Assembly: GCA_963776275.1 (NCBI GenBank)
Contig: CAVZMI010000009.1
Coordinates: 1-15,981, forward strand
Reading direction: 5' to 3'
Origin: Ignavibacteriota bacterium
GTDB lineage: Bacteria; Bacteroidota; Ignavibacteria; UBA10030; CAVZMI01
DNA length: 15,981 nt
Within the stretch, counting starts at the first letter, position 1. The number at the start of each line of letters is the position of its first letter. The position numbers and the translations under genes are program-made. Below, one piece after another: positions 13,823 to 15,981 of the stretch. Below the pieces are notes generated by a model. That model was not told where the DNA came from and searched no databases. It saw only the letters and a program-made list of their open reading frames with translations.

Positions 13823-15571
13823 ATGGCTGATGAAAAACCCGAGACCTTGTCGAAACCGGCAGAACACGACGAGCGTGGTTACTCGGAAGCAGAATTCAAA
13901 GAACTCGAAAAACTGTATGAAAGTACATTAGGGAAAATTAACGAAGGTGAAATCGTCCGGGGACGTGTAGCCTATATCGGCGATAACGAGGTCTCGATCG
14001 ATATCGGATTTAAATCGGAAGGAACGGTTCCCATCCAGGAATTTCCGAATATCGACGAATTGAAAATCGGTGATGAGGTTGAAGTATTTCTCGAAAGCGT
14101 CGAAGACAAAGATGGCAAGATGATCCTTTCCCGCAAGCGTGCAGACTTCATGCGCGTGTGGGAACGCATTACCAAAGCCTTCGATACAGGCGAAGTATTG
14201 AAAGGTCGGTGTGTACGGAGAATCAAAGGGGGTATAGTCGTAGATTTAATGGGCATCGATGCGTTTTTGCCCGGTTCTCAGATCGATATCCGCCCCGTTC
14301 GTGATTTCGATGCATTTCTCGGCCGCGAGCTCGATTTCAAAGTTGTGAAAATTAATCATCCATCCGAAAATGTTGTTGTCAGCCATAAAGTGCTTGTTGA
14401 AGAAGAAATGGCCGATCAACGCAAGGCCATTCTGAACAGTCTTGAAAAGGGACAGATTCTGGAAGGAAATGTCAAGGCGATCGCCGACTTCGGTGTATTT
14501 GTCGATCTCGGAGGTGTAGACGGCCTTGTTCATATTACCGATCTATCATGGGGGCGCGTCAGTCATCCATCGGAAGTCGTGAAACTAGATCAGACCGTGA
14601 ACGTCGTTGTTCTCGATTTCGATCAGGAAAAGAAACGGATTTCCCTAGGTATGAAGCAGCTCCAGCCGCATCCGTGGGAGAAGATCCACGAGAAATATCA
14701 GGTCAACCTGAAAGTCACCGGCAAGGTGGTTTCTCTGGCAGATTACGGTGCATTCATCGAGATCGAAAAGGGAATAGAGGGACTCATTCATATTTCAGAG
14801 ATGAGCTGGACACAGCACATCAAGCACCCCTCACAGATGGTTTCCATGGGGCAAATGATCGATGCGGTTATTTTAAGTATCGACAAGGAAGCCAAGAAAA
14901 TATCGCTCGGCATGAAGCAGCTCGAGCCGGATCCCTGGCTGACCCTTCTCTCCAAATACCCGGTTGGTTCAAGACATATCGGCGTTGTGCGGAATTTGAC
15001 GACTTTCGGGGTGTTTGTTGAACTTGAAGAGGGTGTCGACGGACTTGTTCATATTTCGGATCTTTCATGGACGAAGAAAATACGACATCCCGGTGAAGTG
15101 GTGAAAAAAGGAGACAAGATCGACGTAGTCATTCTCGGGATCGATGTCGACCAGCGTCGTATTTCGCTTGGTCATAAGCAGGTCTCCGATAATCCATGGG
15201 ATAGTTTTGCCGAGACGTACCGCATTGGCACCGATGTGGAAGGAAAGATCGTCAGAATTATTGAAAAGGGCCTCATTGTTGAAATGCCGCTCGGTGTTGA
15301 CGGGTTTGTACCGGTATCGCAGCTTTCACAAACGCCGATGAAGAATATTGCCGACTCGTTCAATGTCGGTGATTCTCTTCCTCTCCGGGTGATCGAATTC
15401 GATAAAGAGAGCAAAAAAATAGTTCTTTCCGTTCTTGAATATATGCGCGGGAAAGATCAAAACACACTCAATGAATATGTGGAAAAGCACAAGCTGACTC
15501 CTATGACGTTGAAAGATGTTGCTGTTGGTGCCGAGAAAATCGACATAAGTGAAATTCCAAGCACCAACTAG
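13823..15571 (+). CDS. rpsA: 30S ribosomal protein S1
   Basis: Six S1 repeats (DIGFKSEG, AFLPGSQID, FGVFVDLGGVDGLVHITDLSW, YGAFIEI..GIEGLIHISEMSW and others). GGAGG upstream, and conserved position downstream of cmk. Confidence 0.98.
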   Translation: MADEKPETLSKPAEHDERGYSEAEFKELEKLYESTLGKINEGEIVRGRVAYIGDNEVSIDIGFKSEGTVPIQEFPNIDELKIGDEVEVFLESVEDKDGKMILSRKRADFMRVWERITKAFDTGEVLKGRCVRRIKGGIVVDLMGIDAFLPGSQIDIRPVRDFDAFLGRELDFKVVKINHPSENVVVSHKVLVEEEMADQRKAILNSLEKGQILEGNVKAIADFGVFVDLGGVDGLVHITDLSWGRVSHPSEVVKLDQTVNVVVLDFDQEKKRISLGMKQLQPHPWEKIHEKYQVNLKVTGKVVSLADYGAFIEIEKGIEGLIHISEMSWTQHIKHPSQMVSMGQMIDAVILSIDKEAKKISLGMKQLEPDPWLTLLSKYPVGSRHIGVVRNLTTFGVFVELEEGVDGLVHISDLSWTKKIRHPGEVVKKGDKIDVVILGIDVDQRRISLGHKQVSDNPWDSFAETYRIGTDVEGKIVRIIEKGLIVEMPLGVDGFVPVSQLSQTPMKNIADSFNVGDSLPLRVIEFDKESKKIVLSVLEYMRGKDQNTLNEYVEKHKLTPMTLKDVAVGAEKIDISEIPSTN

Positions 15572-15688
15572 TGTCTCGATTCAAAAATAACTTGAATAAG
15601 TCGGAGCGCCATATAATGCTATTCCATCCGATTTCCGTTAGTTATAATCCTATAAATTCTTCAAGTTATTTTTGGTACTCGACTCTAG
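15568..15688. mobile_element. putative 121-bp MITE or internally deleted IS remnant bounded by CTAG
   Basis: 29-bp terminal inverted repeats at 15568-15596 and 15660-15688, 23/29 identical, with the inner 15 bp (CAAAAATAACTTGAA) perfect. CTAG at both ends and no transposase. Confidence 0.65.
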
Positions 15689-15778
15689 TGCCACTCCAGC
15701 ATACATAATGACATAGTATTACTTTGGATTGATAGTCGGAGCGGTACTGCGAAAAGAACGAAGCCAATTGTATTGATC

Positions 15779-15820
15779 AAGGAGTTGGTTCTCAATCAGA
15801 GAGGGTCAACTCCTTTTTGT
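15779..15820 (+). terminator. intrinsic terminator downstream of rpsA
   Basis: 13-bp stem GGAGTTGGTTCTC / GAGGGTCAACTCC with three G-U pairs, 7-nt loop, followed by TTTTTGTT. Confidence 0.75.
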
Positions 15821-15926
15821 TCTGTGAAAAAGGACTGGGATTCCAGAGGTGAAGAAACGAGTCGCACTGCATACACTGGGATGTAAACTCAATTATGCAG
15901 AGACATCGATGCTTGCTGAACAGTTT

Positions 15927-15971
15927 GTCGGGCGGGGATTTGATCTGGTCGATTCACATCATCCCGCCGAC
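15927..15971. repeat. GC-rich imperfect hairpin
   Basis: GTCGGGCGGGGATTTGAT pairs, with bulges, to ATCATCCCGCCGAC. Confidence 0.45.
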
Positions 15972-15981
15972 GTTTATGTGT

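Noticed and set aside
14548-15021. 157-aa alternative-frame ORF and internal DNA repeats within rpsA
   Set aside because: Frame shadow. The repeats are explained by the tandem S1 domains.
1-15981. CRISPR array, tRNA, rRNA, integrase or transposase genes
   Set aside because: No regularly spaced repeats, cloverleaf or rRNA signatures, or recombinase motifs were seen by eye.

Overview
Bacterial chromosome window, probably from an Ignavibacteria-like (Bacteroidota/Chlorobi superphylum) organism. That placement is inferred from the NxPNPFNP-type C-terminal sorting domain and the gene content. The housekeeping backbone is a 5'-truncated DUF2461 gene, rel(spoT)-ruvX-mtgA-AlbA_2/wHTH, a SpoU/TrmH methyltransferase on the minus strand, and cmk-ispH-rpsA. 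Two accessory inserts stand out. (1) An AT-rich gene for a 2-TM protein with a degenerate PLD-like (DUF5919-type) domain, plus a 60-aa upstream ORF, lies directly in front of a rel gene whose synthetase domain has atypical motifs. (2) A ~5.4 kb cassette encodes three secreted proteins: a 910-aa protein with Ig-like repeats and a C-terminal MepA/M15-like zinc peptidase, a protein with three FIMAH-like helical repeats, and a small protein that is little more than a T9SS-type C-terminal sorting domain. Non-coding features include a 121-bp MITE-like element at the rpsA stop codon, a 92-bp REP-like palindrome, sigma70-like promoters, a terminator and candidate structured leaders. All domain calls come from motif recognition by eye, and GC values are hand counts of single 60-nt lines.
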